Shown here in pieces: positions 1 through 31,737 of a DNA stretch of 64,000 bases; within the stretch, counting starts at the first letter, position 1; the number at the start of each line of letters is the position of its first letter. Both the position numbers and the translations under genes were made by a program. Under the pieces are notes generated by a model. That model did no database searches, had not been told where the DNA came from, and saw nothing but the letters and a program-made list of their open reading frames with translations. This stretch comes from the human T2T-CHM13v2.0 reference genome, Homo sapiens: NCBI RefSeq assembly GCF_009914755.1, contig NC_060930.1. One strand, 5' to 3'.

Positions 1-18
1 TTATAAAGGAAGATACAC

Positions 19-265
19 TTTTTTTTTTTTTTTGAAATGGAGTCTCACTCTGTCACCCAGGTTGCAGTGCAGTGGTGTGATCTCAGCTCACTGCAACCTC
101 CGCCTCCTGGGCTCAAGTGATTCTCCTGTCTCAGTCTCCTGAGGAGCTGGGATTACAGGCAGGCATCATCACAGTCAGTTAATTTTCGTATTTTTAGTAG
201 ATACATGTTGGCCGGGCTGGTTTCGAACTCCTGACCTCAAGTGATCCTCCCGCCTCGGCCTCCCA
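19..265 (-). mobile_element. Alu SINE, 5'-truncated with an internal deletion
   Basis: Poly-T then gagtctcactctgtcacccag...cctgacctcaagtgatcctcccgcctcggcctccca is antisense Alu. Confidence 0.9.
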
Positions 266-3091
266 CCTTTTTTAATAAAATTCATGTCACAATAAAGGGC
301 TACCAAATATTCAATCTTCAATTCAGAATGCTTTAAATTTCATCTTCTACTATAGATATGATTGATTCGCTAACATCTAAAAAAGATTCAGCTAGTCAGA
401 ATTGCTGTCTCTTTCTAGCAAGTTTTCACTTTTTTTTTAAGCAGTAATAAGCAATTCCATCCCCAATGCGGACTTAGAATCACAGCCTACATGTGCAAGT
501 CTATAACAAACCTGCATGACACACAGTAGAATCTCATTGGTTCACACCCTTGCAAAAACCACAACCCCTCAACTTTCAAAAAAGCAAAGGCCTCTTTACC
601 TAAGTGCACATTAGCTGCTGGCTTAGGCAGGCCTTATGACATGGCTGCCTCCCCAGTGGGCAGGCGTACCACAGCAAGGCACTCATTAAGCTATTGAGTT
701 TCATTCCAGTAACCGTTCAAATACATTCTTCATTGTACCATAAAGTATGGTTGTTTGATGCTAGAACTTTGATTTTCCTCCTCCTTCTCTTTTTCTATCC
801 CCCATCCCTACCTTCTCAACCATTTTGGTATTTTTTTTTTTTTTTCTCCCATGCTAACACACTCACAAAAATCCAGTAATTCTCAATGGATCTCTTGGTC
901 ATTAGTGCAAATTAGTGAGGTTTTACTGAATATGCTCAGATTTGATTTGCCAAGTTCTTTTCCCGTTAAAGTTTTAAACCCATGTGTATTTCAAAGGAAA
1001 TCTAATTTGTAGGTTTCGGATTCATTTACACTCAACTCACAAACGTGGTTCTGTGAGTGCCCCCATAGCTGGTGTACAAGAAGCCACAGGAGCTGGTTTC
1101 CCTTCCTCTTAACAAGTTCTTGTTAGAATGTTTGCTTTGAAGTAGGTATTTGGACCATGCTGGAAGCAAACAGAATAAAACCCCAGGAAAACGTAAAGTA
1201 AAATTTAAAAACCAAGTTCATGTTTTTCTTGCCCCAATAATTATACTTTTTAAAGAAAAGTCTCTAAGGATGGAACCATCCATTTCAGCCTTTTAAGGAT
1301 GATGTCACCATCTACCTGCCTGGATGAGGCTGTGTCTCATAATGCTTCTGTGACAAGGTAGTCATCTGCGAGTATATGGCTTTCTCTGCTTAGGTCCTGT
1401 CTTGTCCATTTTGTCATGCTATGGACTCTTCAGCTGCTAGGCAACCCAACGCTGCTCCACCATTCCCTCTAAGACTCTGCTGCTGGGAGTCTTGAAGGTG
1501 CCATTTCTGCCTGTGGGGGTCCCCACACCTATCAATTCCTGCCTGTCTTCCCCTCTTTGGAGCTCCTTAGCTCTGCCTGTTTTCTTGGACTTCATCACAG
1601 CAACTACTTCCTGTGTTTCCTGATGTTTGTCCCAAAGACAAACATCAGGATAGATTCCTTGTCAACTCATCTTGGATTCCCAATGCTTCTTGGCTAAAGT
1701 CACAACTGCAGACCTCCTGCTGCAGTCACGGAATACCATGGTTTTGCCTCTGTGCTGACAATTTCCCCAATAGCTATGCTATCCCAATGGGTGGACCTAC
1801 TGCCTACTGCTGACCCTGGCTTCTCTTTGTCACTTTTGATTCCTCTGAATAAAAGAGCCAAATGTCACTGATGTTTCTGTTTCTATTACCCATTTCCACA
1901 GTGTGAGACCAGTAGCAGGTAAGATGTGAATGCTGATGAGACTCTGTGCTCACATGGATGGCATGAGCTGTGCCTCAAAAGGCAGAACATCTCTAGCAGT
2001 GCCAGCTCTTGTCCAAACATCAAAAGTAAGCAGCAATTCTTAACACTGAGTATAGGCTGCTTTGTCTTTTTTTTTTTCTTTGAAGACTGCCTCCTTGGAA
2101 AGACAAATAGCATATCACACCCCAAAGGCTGTGACAATACTGAAAAAGCCCTTCTTTACCAACTGTCTTCTACAAAAACAACTCCTTGGGAGTTCATTTC
2201 AAGGGACTCGAGAAAAATAGCCATGCATGCTGCTAAATGCTGGGTGACTCACTGAGGCAGAGGTGAAACTCTGAGCAGTGAACCAAGGGCTGAGATATAA
2301 ACCACTAAGAAAACCCAGTAGGTTGAAACAGACGATATTGCAACTGTTCTGAAAATCAGCACGTATGTAGGTAATTACTCCTAATATGCCCAGACAACTT
2401 CAATGTGTGTATCTGTGTGTCTTATCTATGTAAATGCAAAAAAACCTAAACCAATTCTACCTACCTACCTAAATGCAAAGAAAGATAAACCAAGTACACC
2501 CATGAATCAGAAAGCTCTTTTCTAACCTGCCCCGAATCCCTTGCTCTAAGACTCCTTGAAAGCATTGTGCCACAGTCCACCGGAAGATATAGCATAATTA
2601 TCTCATAACCACTAGTTAGGAAGTCCCTAGGAAGTACCTTCTGACTGCTAAGAATAGCTATTCATTTATTTTCACTCATTCACTCACCTATCAATCTTTA
2701 ACAAGGTGTCAAACATGTCAGGACAATGTGAGGCTCTCTGTATTAGATAAGAAAGAATTTCTAGGGAGAATAGTGGAGATGAGAAACAATATCTCTTTTC
2801 ATTTCCCTGCCTCTAAATTTACAAAGCAAAAGTAGAAAGCAAATTATACAAGCAAGTTGTGTATGAGGTACCCAAACACCTATAACCAGTCTTTTGCCAA
2901 TTATCAGCCAATTTTGCTTTTTTTCCCCCAAAGAATTTCAACATTTCTCTTCATTCATCCACTTCCCAACCTGGTCCTTTTTAGTGATTTAACTTTGATC
3001 TGGCAAATAATGGCTCTTTCAACAACTAACAAGTTATAAACAGCTTCTACCAATGGAACAGTGCCTCTTTCCTCACAAAACAGCTCTTTCA

Positions 3092-3500
<409 letters not shown>

Positions 3501-4406
3501 GGGGGAGGAGCCAAGATGGCCGAATAGGAACAGCTCCGGTCTACAGCTCCCAGCATGAGCGACGCAGAAGACGGGTGATTTCTGCATTTCCATCTGAGGT
3601 ACCGGGTTCATCTCACTAGGGAGTGCCAGACAGTGGGCGCAGGCCAGTGTGTGCGCGCACCCTGCGCGAGCCGAAGCAGGGCGAGGCATTCCCTCACCTG
3701 GGAAGCGCAAGGGGTCAGGGAGTTCCCTTTCCGAGTCAAAGAAAGGGGTGACGGATGCACCTGGAAAATCGGGTCACTCCCACCCGAATATTGCGCTTTT
3801 CAGACCGGCTTAAAAAACGGCGCACCACGAGACTATATCCCACACCTGGCTCAGAGGGTCCTATGCCCACGGAATCTCGCTGATTGCTAGCACAGCAGTC
3901 TGAGATCAAACTGCAAGGCGGCAACGAGGCTGGGGGAGGGGCGCCCGCCATTGCCCAGGCTTGCTTAGGTAAAAAAAGCAGCCGGGAAGCTCGAACTGGG
4001 TGGAGCCCACCACAGCTCAAGGAGGCCTGCCTGCCTATGTAGGCTCCACCTCTGGGGGCAGGGCACAGACAAACAAAAAGACAGCAGTAACCTCTGCAGA
4101 CTTAAGTGTCCCTGTCTGACAGCTTTGAAGAGAGCAGTGGTTCTCCCAGCACGCAGCTGGAGATCTGAGAACGGGCAGACTGCCTCCTCAAGTGGGTCCC
4201 TGACCCCTGACCCCCGAGCAGCCTAACTGGGAGGCACCCCCCAGCAGGGGCACACTGACACCTCACACGGCAGGGTATTCCAACAGACCTGCAGCTGAGG
4301 GTCCTGTCTGTTAGAAGGAAAACTAACAACCAGAAAGGACATCTACACCAAAAACCCATCTGTACATCACCATCATCAAAGACCAAAAGTAGATAAAACC
4401 ACAAAG
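3501..4406 (+). promoter_or_regulatory. L1 5'UTR internal sense and antisense promoter, CpG-rich, YY1 site intact
   Basis: caagatggccg at ~3512-3522; many CpGs retained; lacks the ~129-bp segment present in L1-C and L1-E (junction cagggtattccaacag ~4278). Confidence 0.88.
3736..3951 (-). CDS. ORF0: LINE-1 antisense ORF0, intact, 71 aa
   Basis: ATG at 3951; MAGAPPPASLPPCSLISDCCASNQRDSVG...RFSRCIRHPFL matches the primate L1 ORF0 peptide. Confidence 0.85.
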   Translation of the reverse strand: MAGAPPPASLPPCSLISDCCASNQRDSVGIGPSEPGVGYSLVVRRFLSRSEKRNIRVGVTRFSRCIRHPFL

Positions 4407-5423
4407 ATGGGGAAAAAACAGAACAGAAAAACTGGAAACTCTAAAACGCAGAGCGCCTCTCCTCCTCCAAAGGAACGCAGTTCCTCACCAGCAACGGAAC
4501 AAAGCTGGATGGAGAATGATTTTGACGAGCTGAGAGAAGAAGGCTTCAGACGATCAAATTACTCTGAGCTACGGGAGGACATTCAAACCAAAGGCAAAGA
4601 AGTTGAAAACTTTGAAAAAAATTTAGAAGAATGTATAACTAGAATAACCAATACAGAAAAGTGCTTAAAGGAGCTGATGGAGCTGAAAACCAAGGCTCGA
4701 GAACTACGTGAAGAATGCAGAAGCCTCAGGAGCCGATGCGATCAACTGGAAGAAAGGGTATCAGCAATGGAAGATGAAATGAATGAAATGAAGTGAGAAG
4801 GGAAGTTTAGAGAAAAAAGAATAAAAAGAAATGAGCAAAGCCTCCAAGAAATATGGGACTATGTGAAAAGACCAAATCTACGTCTGATTGGTGTACCTGA
4901 AAGTGATGTGGAGAATGGAACCAAGTTGGAAAACACTCTGCAGGATATTATCCAGGAGAACTTCCCCAATCTAGCAAGGCAGGCCAACGTTCAGATTCAG
5001 GAAATACAGAGAACGCCACAAAGATACTGTTCGAGAAGAGCAACTCCAAGACACATAATTGTCAGATTCACCAAAGTTGAAATGAAGGAAAAAATGTTAA
5101 GGGCAGCCAGAGAGAAAGGTCGGGTTACCCTCAAAGGAAAGCCCATCAGACTAACAGCGGATCTCTCGGCAGAAACCCTACAAGCCAGAAGAGAGTGGGG
5201 GCCAATATTCAACATTCTTAAAGAAAAGAATTTTCAACCCAGAATTTCATATCCAGCCAAACTAAACTTCATAAGTGAAGGAGAAATAAAATACTTTATA
5301 GACAAGCAAATGCTGAGAGATTTTGTCACCACCAGGCCTGCCCTAAAAGAGCTCCTGAAGGAAGTGCTAAACATGGAAAGGAACAACCGGTACCAGCCAC
5401 TGCAAAATCATGACAAAATGTAA
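4407..5423 (+). pseudogene. L1-A ORF1 with one in-frame nonsense codon (CGA>TGA, codon 130)
   Basis: MGKKQNRK...MNEMK stop at 4794-4796; same frame continues ...KRPNLRLIGVPE...YQPLQNHDKM to 5423. Confidence 0.93.
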
Positions 5424-5459
5424 AGACCATCGAGGCTAGGAAGAAACTGCATCAACTAA

Positions 5460-9314
<3,855 letters not shown>

Positions 9315-9543
9315 ACAATGAGATCACATGGACACTGGAAGGGGAATATCATACTCTGGGGACTGTGGTGGGGTCGGGGGAGGGGGGAGGGATAGCATTG
9401 GGAGATATACCTAATGCTAGATGATACGTTAGTGGGTGCAGCGCACCAGCATGGCACATGTATACATATGTAACTAACCTGCACAATGTGCACATGTACC
9501 CTAAAACTTAAAGTATAATTTAAAAAAAAAATTAAAAAAAAAA

Positions 9544-9718
9544 TTAAACAACATACTCTTAAATAACCAATGGATCAAAGGAGAAACACCAAGGGAAATT
9601 AGAAAATACTTTGAGATGAATGAAAATGAAAACACAAAAGCAAAACTGTGCTTAAAATACATAGTTGTAAAAGCCTACAATAAAAATAAAGATCTTCAAT
9701 TGAAAAAAAAAAAAAAAA
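9544..9718 (+). other. Putative 3'-transduced segment (old L1M ORF2-like sequence) plus second poly-A
   Basis: Lies between the L1-A tail and the 3' TSD; tandem AATAAA at 9679-9690; poly-A at 9703-9718. Confidence 0.8.
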
Positions 9719-10052
9719 GAAAAAGAAAAAAAAAGTGTATGACATTGTATGAAAATTTTATCTTAAAAGAAAAAAACTGAACATTAGTTAATAACATGCA
9801 TCCTTAAATGCTGATGTTTGTAACCTACTTAGAAATGCATTAAAAAGATGGGGTAGGTTATACCTCAAGGAAACTGGAAAAAGGATTTGACAGTTATGTC
9901 TAGTGTATTTCTATAAATTTGCTTTTAAATATCTTATCCTATGTCAAATAATGTAGCCTTCTTTACTCCTTACAATATGCTGAGCATTTTCCCAAGCCAT
10001 TCAACATTTTACAAAATGTTATTTTAATGGCTACTTAATATCCCAGTGCATG

Positions 10053-10377
<325 letters not shown>

Positions 10378-10664
10378 TCAGGTGTGTCCTTACAGGTAAG
10401 CAGATTATTTCCACATTTTCACTAACATAAGTGTACTACCAGGAAAACCCTTAAATGAAAATTATTCAATCCCATTTACTTCTTCAGCATGGCTAAAGGG
10501 TAGGAACAGTTTATGTGTGTGTGTATCTATATATCTATACATTTTTAAACAGACCTAAGATTGCATTTCTCATGCAAACCTCTCCTGCATCAAACATTAT
10601 GTTCAATTTTTTTTTGTCAGTGATGTAGACATTGGTTTATCATCGTTTTCATAGAATTCCATTA

Positions 10665-10834
10665 TCAGTGAAGTCTGCCATTCATATTTTTAGATGAATT
10701 GTCGGTGTTTGTTCTCCAGTTCTGCACTGTGATGTTGGTATTTTTCTCCTTATTGACTTCCAAAGGTTCTTTGAATAAGCCTGATGTGCTTTCCATCCTG
10801 GAACCTGATCCTGTTTGTAAATTCCTTAGTATGT
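10665..10834 (-). other. Candidate exon of an unidentified minus-strand gene or pseudogene
   Basis: Acceptor aaattccttttag|ac then open frame ILRNLQTGSG...MNGRLH*; unique sequence; no recognised homology. Confidence 0.25.
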
Positions 10835-11409
10835 CTAAAAGGAATTTAATATAAAATGTATGATATGCCGTTTCTTCATTTGGTGAAGCATTAAAGCTAT
10901 TTTGACACCCAACTAAAGGAGTCCTTCCAGGACAGAATGCTAACATGGGCCAAACACTGAACCCTAGCTGCCAGCATTTTGCTTTTAAGTCTAACAAATC
11001 CTAAGTAATTCATATGCTGTTGTAAACAATTAGGTATGATCCTAAATAGTGATAAAGTAATATAGAGCAGTGTTGTAACAAGGTTTTATTTGAAATTGTT
11101 TTCTAAAATGTGATGCATTACTGATTTTGACACTGTTCGAAGCAAAGTCCATCATCAAATGTGATGCTTATGATGAGAAGATACATGTATTTGTAACGTT
11201 TAATGGAACCTAAACTCTTTTAAAAACAACGTGCCATTTGTGGGTATGTTTCTAATCTCCTATCATAAATCGTGAGATAGGCCTTTTTTTGGAGATATTT
11301 GGGCTTGCACTAAAGCCTTTTTTTTTTTAAACTAATGAGAGTTTTGAGAAATAGAAGATCGTGTTGAAGTTACTGTGTATGTGTGTGAATCCCTTGCTTA
11401 AAAATATTT

Positions 11410-11484
11410 CATCCATTGGTTAGGTTGTGGAGAAACTGGAACACTTACGCATTGCTCGTAGTAATATAAAATGGTATAGCTGCT
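11410..11484 (+). mobile_element. L1MB-type fossil, 5' part (split by L1-B)
   Basis: gtggagaaactggaacact...taaaatggtatagctgct continues at 24062 as gtggaaaacag. Confidence 0.7.
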
Positions 11485-24042
<12,558 letters not shown>

Positions 24043-24061
24043 ATAAAATGGTACAGCTGCT

Positions 24062-24670
24062 GTGGAAAACAGTTCGGTGGTTCTTCAGAAAGTTAAACAT
24101 AAAATGACCATCTGATACAGAAATTCTACTTCTAGGTGTCTAATCAAAATAACTGAAAGCAGGAACTCAGATACTGGTACACCAATATTCACGGCCACAT
24201 TATTCACAATAGCCAATAGATGAAAATAACCCAAGAATCAATTGACTAAAACAAATGTGGTTTATGATGGAAGATTATTCAACCATAAAAGGGAACAAAA
24301 TTCTGATACACATTACAATAAGTATAAACCTTGAAAATATTATGAGTGAAATAAGCCAGACACAAGAGACCACATATCATATAATTCCATTTATATGATG
24401 TATCTAGAATAGGCAAATTCTTATAGATAGAAAGTCGATAGAGGCTATTAGGGATTGGGGTTGGGGAGGAAAGAATGGGTTGTTATTGCTTAATGGGTAC
24501 AGAGTTTCTGTTTGGGATGATAAAATATTTCTGAAAATGGATAGTGGTGGTGGTTGTACAACACTGTGAATGTACTGAATGCCACTGAATGTACACTTAA
24601 AAATGGTTACACTGGTAAATTTTTTATTATGTATATTTTACAATAAAAAATAAAAGATTCATTCCAGGAA
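24062..24670 (+). mobile_element. L1MB-type fossil 3' end
   Basis: Typical L1MB 3' motifs (agtgaaataagccagacacaa; gggtacagagtttctgtttgggatgat; aatgccactgaatgtacacttaaaaatggtt). Confidence 0.8.
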
Positions 24671-25002
24671 AAAAAAGATGGTTGATGGAGAATGGACAGA
24701 TTAGTGACCAAAAAAAAAAGACAAATAAAATATTAACTGTCGATATAGGTGGTAGGTATACAGGTGTTCACTGTAAACTTTTATCAACTTCTCTGTATGT
24801 TCCTAAGTGTCCTAATAAAATCTTGGGGAAAATTCCATCAAAATGTTCTATTCTTTTATATATTTATTATTTCTCTTATTAATTTAGAAAGCTCATGAAA
24901 TGTTAGTATTTTCTTCCTTTTTAATCTAAAAAAGGAAGATAGTGAGTACAAACCATCTGGAATGAAGAGAATGTCTAGAGTGAAATGAAATTCTGGGAGA
25001 AC

Positions 25003-25405
25003 TGCTATGGACTGAACTGTATCCTTCCAAAATTCATATGTTGAACCCCTAACCCCCAATGTGACTATATTTGGAGACAGAGCTCTAAGGAGATAGTTAT
25101 AGTTAAATGAGCTCATATGGTTAGGGCTCTGACTTTACAGGATTGGTGGCTTTATAAGATGAGGAAGAGAGGGAGAGAGGGATCTCTCTCTCCACAGACA
25201 AGTACCAAGGAAAGGCCATGTGAAAATACAGTGAGAAGGTAGGTGGTCATCTACAGCTAGGAAGAGGGTCCGTACCAGGAACTGAGTCACCCAGCAGCTT
25301 GATCTTGGACTTTTCAGCCTCTAGAACTGAGGGAAAATAAATTTCTGTTGTTTAAGCCATAAAGTCTGTGGTATTTTGTTATGGCAGCCCTAGCTAACTA
25401 AGACA
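25003..25405 (+). mobile_element. MaLR solo LTR (MLT1A/B-like)
   Basis: tgctatggactgaa...ccaaaattcatatgttgaa start; ataaatttctgttgtttaagcc...atggcagccctagctaactaagaca end. Confidence 0.85.
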
Positions 25406-25499
25406 AAGTCTGCAGTTAAACATCTATGGATATTTAGATAATCTGCATGCAATTAATACACAGGGAAAAAAGGATCTGAAACAGTACATGCAGAATTTG

Positions 25500-25690
25500 A
25501 ATGATGGAATATTAAAGCTTGAAGACATTCCAGCAACCATACTACTGTCAAACCTTTCATTTTACAGATAGGGAAACAGAAGCCCACATAGGTCAAGTGA
25601 TTTATCTGAGGTCCTTCAGACAGATTAGTGGTAGAGCCCAGGACTGAAGCCCAGGCCTCTTGACTTCTGCTCTTTTCACCACAGCACATG
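25500..25690 (-). mobile_element. MIR SINE
   Basis: cattttacagatagggaaacagaagccc...aagtgattt core. Confidence 0.7.
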
Positions 25691-26094
25691 GCTTCATCAA
25701 ATCAAACACCCTGAGCCAAGTGTTAGCAGCCAAAATTATAATTACTTTCCTTCCACTAAAATCTCTTTCAGAAATTCAGCTGAATTTTTCTGATTTTGTA
25801 CTTTACTCTTTTTTTTTAAACCCACAAACCAACTATCCAAGCAGGATAAAAACTAAAGAAGTCTTTTGAACAAATACAAAATGTATGTAGGAATACAAAA
25901 ATACAAAACAATATATACAAACACACACACACATAATTTAAATTTGGACAAATGTTGACTCAATTATTCATTTACAGCAGAGGCCTGTGTGCCTAAAGGT
26001 TGCATATGTACACACAGAAGGCATCTCATCTCACTTCCTTCTAGTTGCCTATTTATAATATATAAAGGCATTCTGGAAAAATAATAAAAATGTA

Positions 26095-27571
<1,477 letters not shown>

Positions 27572-28121
27572 TTTTTCAAATTATTTATAGTCTAATTTAG
27601 CAAAGTATTATATATTTATTATATTTAAAATATGTATTTTGAGAAAACGCCCTTATAGGCCAGGAAAACCATGTTAATAAGCATGAGTGTTTCATAGGGC
27701 AATAATATATTTTATAACATTTTAAAATAATATAAAATATAAAAATTGAACAATCTAATAATTGAGCATTATTTTGTTTAAAAGAGTTCTTATAGAACTT
27801 TTAATTTCACTTTTCCACTAGGTAAACTTAAGAGTGCATGAAGAGAAATACCTCTAATGATGTTGATATAATGGGAATGTGCCAATGACATCCAGAAATG
27901 GTAATAACCCATTATTACCATTCAATACTTAAACATTTTCTTTAACATTTATTTTTTTCCTCAGTTTAGATTCATTATACACAGACAATGAATTGAACCA
28001 TAAGAAAGTCCATTTCATAATTTTTCTTTTTCATATTAAAGTCAGATGTATCAGAGGTGGTCTTAATCTATAACTATATGGAATAATAATAGTGTGATTT
28101 GTTTGTCATCACTTAGTCTTG

Positions 28122-28251
28122 TTTTTTTTTTTTTTTTTTTAAGAGACACAGTTTCACTCTGTTGCCCAGGCTGGTCTCGAACTTCTAGGCTCAAGGGATC
28201 TTCCTGTTTCAGCTTCTTACTGGGATTACAGGCGCACAGTACCATACCTGG
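28122..28251 (-). mobile_element. Alu monomer (FLAM-like)
   Basis: Poly-T + gagacacagtttcactctgttgcccaggctggtctcgaac...gggattacaggc. Confidence 0.8.
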
Positions 28252-31048
28252 CTCAACCATTTAGTCTTTTCAAAAGGACGTGCTGAAAGCTCTGAAGATA
28301 ATTATTAAAGCTGATTTTAAAAATACTTTGACCAAAGGCAGCACTGTTTGGAACTGTAGATATATTCAAGGACATTTTGTTTTGAGAGACAGTCTCTGAG
28401 AAATAATGCTCTAGTTATATTTGAAAACAAAACAAGCAATAACAAAACCAGTGAAATTACTTTCTAGTATCACCTGTCTTTTTAACATGGCTAAAACAAT
28501 GTTTGTATTGTCTGGGGCTGTGATTCAGCCTGATGGAATAACTGCAGTGAAGGGAATGGGATTTTACTTTTTATGCACTTACCCAGGGCAGAACCACAAT
28601 TAGTGGAAAAGATTGGAGAATTGGAGAACAAAGAGCCGATTTCAAAAGCAAACAATTATTTTACTGCTTTAATAGGCTGTATAATGTAAAATGAAGTTCA
28701 TTCTCTTTATCCAAATAAGTAAGAAACGTGTAGACATAACTAAAGTAGGGTAAAAAAAGTGAAGCGGTCACAAATAGTGCTTGGGGAAAAAAGCAGAATT
28801 CTCTTCTACCTTCCTAGGTAGTGATGCCCTGTAAGACTTCTTACTTTTGAAGGAGGGATTGTATATGTCCCATGGGCATTCAGAGGCCTGGGGACAAACA
28901 ACATTACAACTTCTCATTCCATGCTTTTTTCTGTAACACAACCTATAAAAAACGCTGGGAGAGTGTGATTAGGGGTCCAGCTGTGTAGATGCTGTGCTAG
29001 TCAATTAGTATTTCAAAACCAGGTAACGAGGTTTGAAATAAATATGTGCAAATAATGTGGTTTGATGGAATTCATAAGCCTTGAATTCAAGTTCCAGCTG
29101 TATAAGCTCTAAGTAACCTCAGAAAACTTAAGTAACTGTCATGAATTTCAGCTTCCTCATCTGCAAAATCATCATCATCATTATTAACACTTAGGGTCCT
29201 AAATACATCGCAAGTAATGTTCTAAGGACCTCACATATTTTAATTCATTGAATTCTTAACATCCCCAAGAGAAGGCACTATTATTGGTCACATTTTCTAC
29301 ATAAAGAAACTGAGTTACAGAGAGGTTAAGTAACTTGCTCAAAGACAGGAACACTTATTCCACAGGGTTGTTGTGAGATGAAACAAAATCAATAATCTGG
29401 TTAGTGATGGAACAGATTCTGAGATCATCCAGTCTAGGCTCTAACAGTAACTAAGAGGCATCACAACAAAATTGGTTAACTGCAGACGTCAAACCAGGTC
29501 TTCTGGTTCTTATTCCTGTGCTTTTTAAACACATCTCCTTACTATTTTGCTTTCCTGTAAGTAATTTTCATATATTTCACTTATATGTATAAAATTCCTC
29601 TAGGGTAGAAAAGTGGGAGAGTTGTTAATTTCTATGTTTTAAAAAAACAGATGAGAAAATGCAGGATACCCTGAAGTCATCGTGTATACAGCACAGCTAG
29701 ACAGAGGGTCAAGGTCAACTGAATGATAGTGACAACGATGACACAATGAAGATGGCTGTAATACCATCTCATTTATCAGATCCAGATTCTCTTTAGGGCA
29801 CTGTGCCAAAGCGCCTTATGCAAATTATCTCATTTAATGCTAAATCTATTTCTGAGTATGTGACTTAAAATCCTGTTAGTTTTAAAATCACAGAATGGCT
29901 AAGCCTGAGGTATACAAAATGCAGACTTTCTGGAGTCAGGATCACAAATCCCAGCTGTGTCGATTCAGCCCAAGGTCCTAATACAGAGAATAAACTGAAG
30001 GCCAAGTAGATTAGTTAGTGTGGGCTTTGGGCTAGACATTGAGAATGAAGACCTTTTCTCTACAGTGAGGATACACACTTGGTGCTTTTTGAAAAAGCTG
30101 GGGTTAACCTCAACTCTTTCGACAGAATATCGGGTTTATTTGCCAAAATGGATTTTTAAAAATAATGGCTGAATTGCCCTACAGTCCATTAGTCATCCTA
30201 TAGAAATCTAATGTTAGAAAAATATTCACTTAAAATATAGTGGGAAAAACTCTCTGAACTATGTTCAGCAGTTCTTGGCTGTGGTCTTTTATCCAACAGA
30301 AATTTCCTCTTTTGAAATGACCAGTTACTTTGTGTAATATAGCCTAATCTTCAGCATTTGTACTTATGGAGAAGAGATTAAAGCTCCTGACTTTGCATCA
30401 TGTTTTTACTGATAATGTGATGTACTGGAACATCATTTCAAGCAAAATCATAAAACCCTAAGCAAAGGCCATGCTTCCATTTTTAGCTCTCTGTACAATA
30501 TTCTCCACATCCTAGGAACTCCAGAAATTAATCACTGGACATCTACTTGTATTATGCAGTGTGCTGGTTCCTGGGGATACAACAGCGAGCAAAGGTGACC
30601 CAGACCCTGCTTCTGGAGGGAGCTCAAGTTCAGTTTATTTCTCATATCCCCCAGTTAAGGGTATCTTTGCTATGCTCTTCTTTCTCTGGCTCCCCCAAAC
30701 TCCTTCTTCACTGAGCCCTAGGCCTCATCTACTATCGTCCTGTCAACAAAGAGTTGACATTTAATTTTTTCAGTCACCAAATCATACTGTATTTTCTTGT
30801 TATACAATTATATAAGACATTTGAGAAAATGCCAAGATCTCAGAACCATTCCATCCAAAAAAACTTATAACCATTTGTCACATACACAAATTATTATTAC
30901 ATAACATACTTGCTTACCCAATTTTAAGAAATAAGGGACTAAGAATTTGCATTGGGACTAAGAATTTGCATCTTATGATCCTTTGAGGCCTTTTGTTAAC
31001 TTGAAGTAGAAATGATCTCTTATCCTAAAGATTATATCCTTCTTAAGG

Positions 31049-31494
31049 TATGGTGGTAGCCAGCTTCCAGATGGTACCTGACAATTCTTGCCTCCGGGTA
31101 TTCATGCCCTTATGTATAGTTCCTTCCCATACTGAATGTAACAATGGTGAAAGGAACAGTATGTGACCTTTAGGGTTAGGTCGCAGAAGGCACTGTGGTT
31201 CACACCTTGGTCTCCTGGATTGCTTGCTCTGGAGTAAGCCAGCTGCCATCCAATGAGAATGCTTCAGCCCTCCCATGGAAAACTGAGGCCCCCAGCCAAC
31301 TCCTAGCATTACTCTATCAGCTACGTAACAAATCAGTGAACAGCTGGCTGACATCTGACTGCAACCTCACAGGAAATTCCAAGCCAGAATTGCCCAGCCA
31401 AGCTACTCCCAAATTCCTGCCCACAGAAATCACCATATAAGTGGTTACTGTTGTAACAGTAAGTTCTAAGGTTATTGCTATAATAGATACAATA
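31049..31494 (+). mobile_element. MaLR LTR (MLT1F-like)
   Basis: ggtagccagcttccagatgg...cttgcctccgggtattcatgccctt start; gactgcaacctc...cccagccaagctactcccaaattcctgcccacagaaa near end. Confidence 0.7.
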
Positions 31495-31499
31495 GAAAC

Positions 31500-31737
31500 C
31501 AGGCCTCCCAGCCAGCCCCCTACACCTGAGGTGCCTGCATTCTTGCACTGCCACAGGGCCTGGCCGCCTGGTGTGCTTGTGCACACCTGGACTGCACAGC
31601 GTGACACCTGGGCGCTGCATGACAGGAGCAGCCGGCTCACGCCTTTCACGTGCAGTGGCAGTCGCTGCTTCAACAGGGTATTCTTCCTATGCTGCCTGCA
31701 TGAGCTGCTCCATGACTACCCCGACTTGGCCAAGGTG
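31500..31737 (+). pseudogene. GC-rich coding-like fragment, unidentified (decayed exon or retrocopy piece)
   Basis: Abrupt GC-rich island; open frame PEVPAFLHCHRAWPPGVLVHTW...LHELLHDYPDLAKV with mostly G/C third positions; ends at donor-like GTG|gtgagc. Confidence 0.4.

Noticed and set aside
10615-11180. Several tgatg motifs suggesting a C/D-box snoRNA
   Set aside because: No properly spaced box C/box D pair with a terminal stem was found.
31520-31600. Alternative frame CLHSCTATGPGRLVCLCTPG resembling an EGF-like motif
   Set aside because: Incomplete cysteine pattern; codon bias favours the other frame; likely chance.
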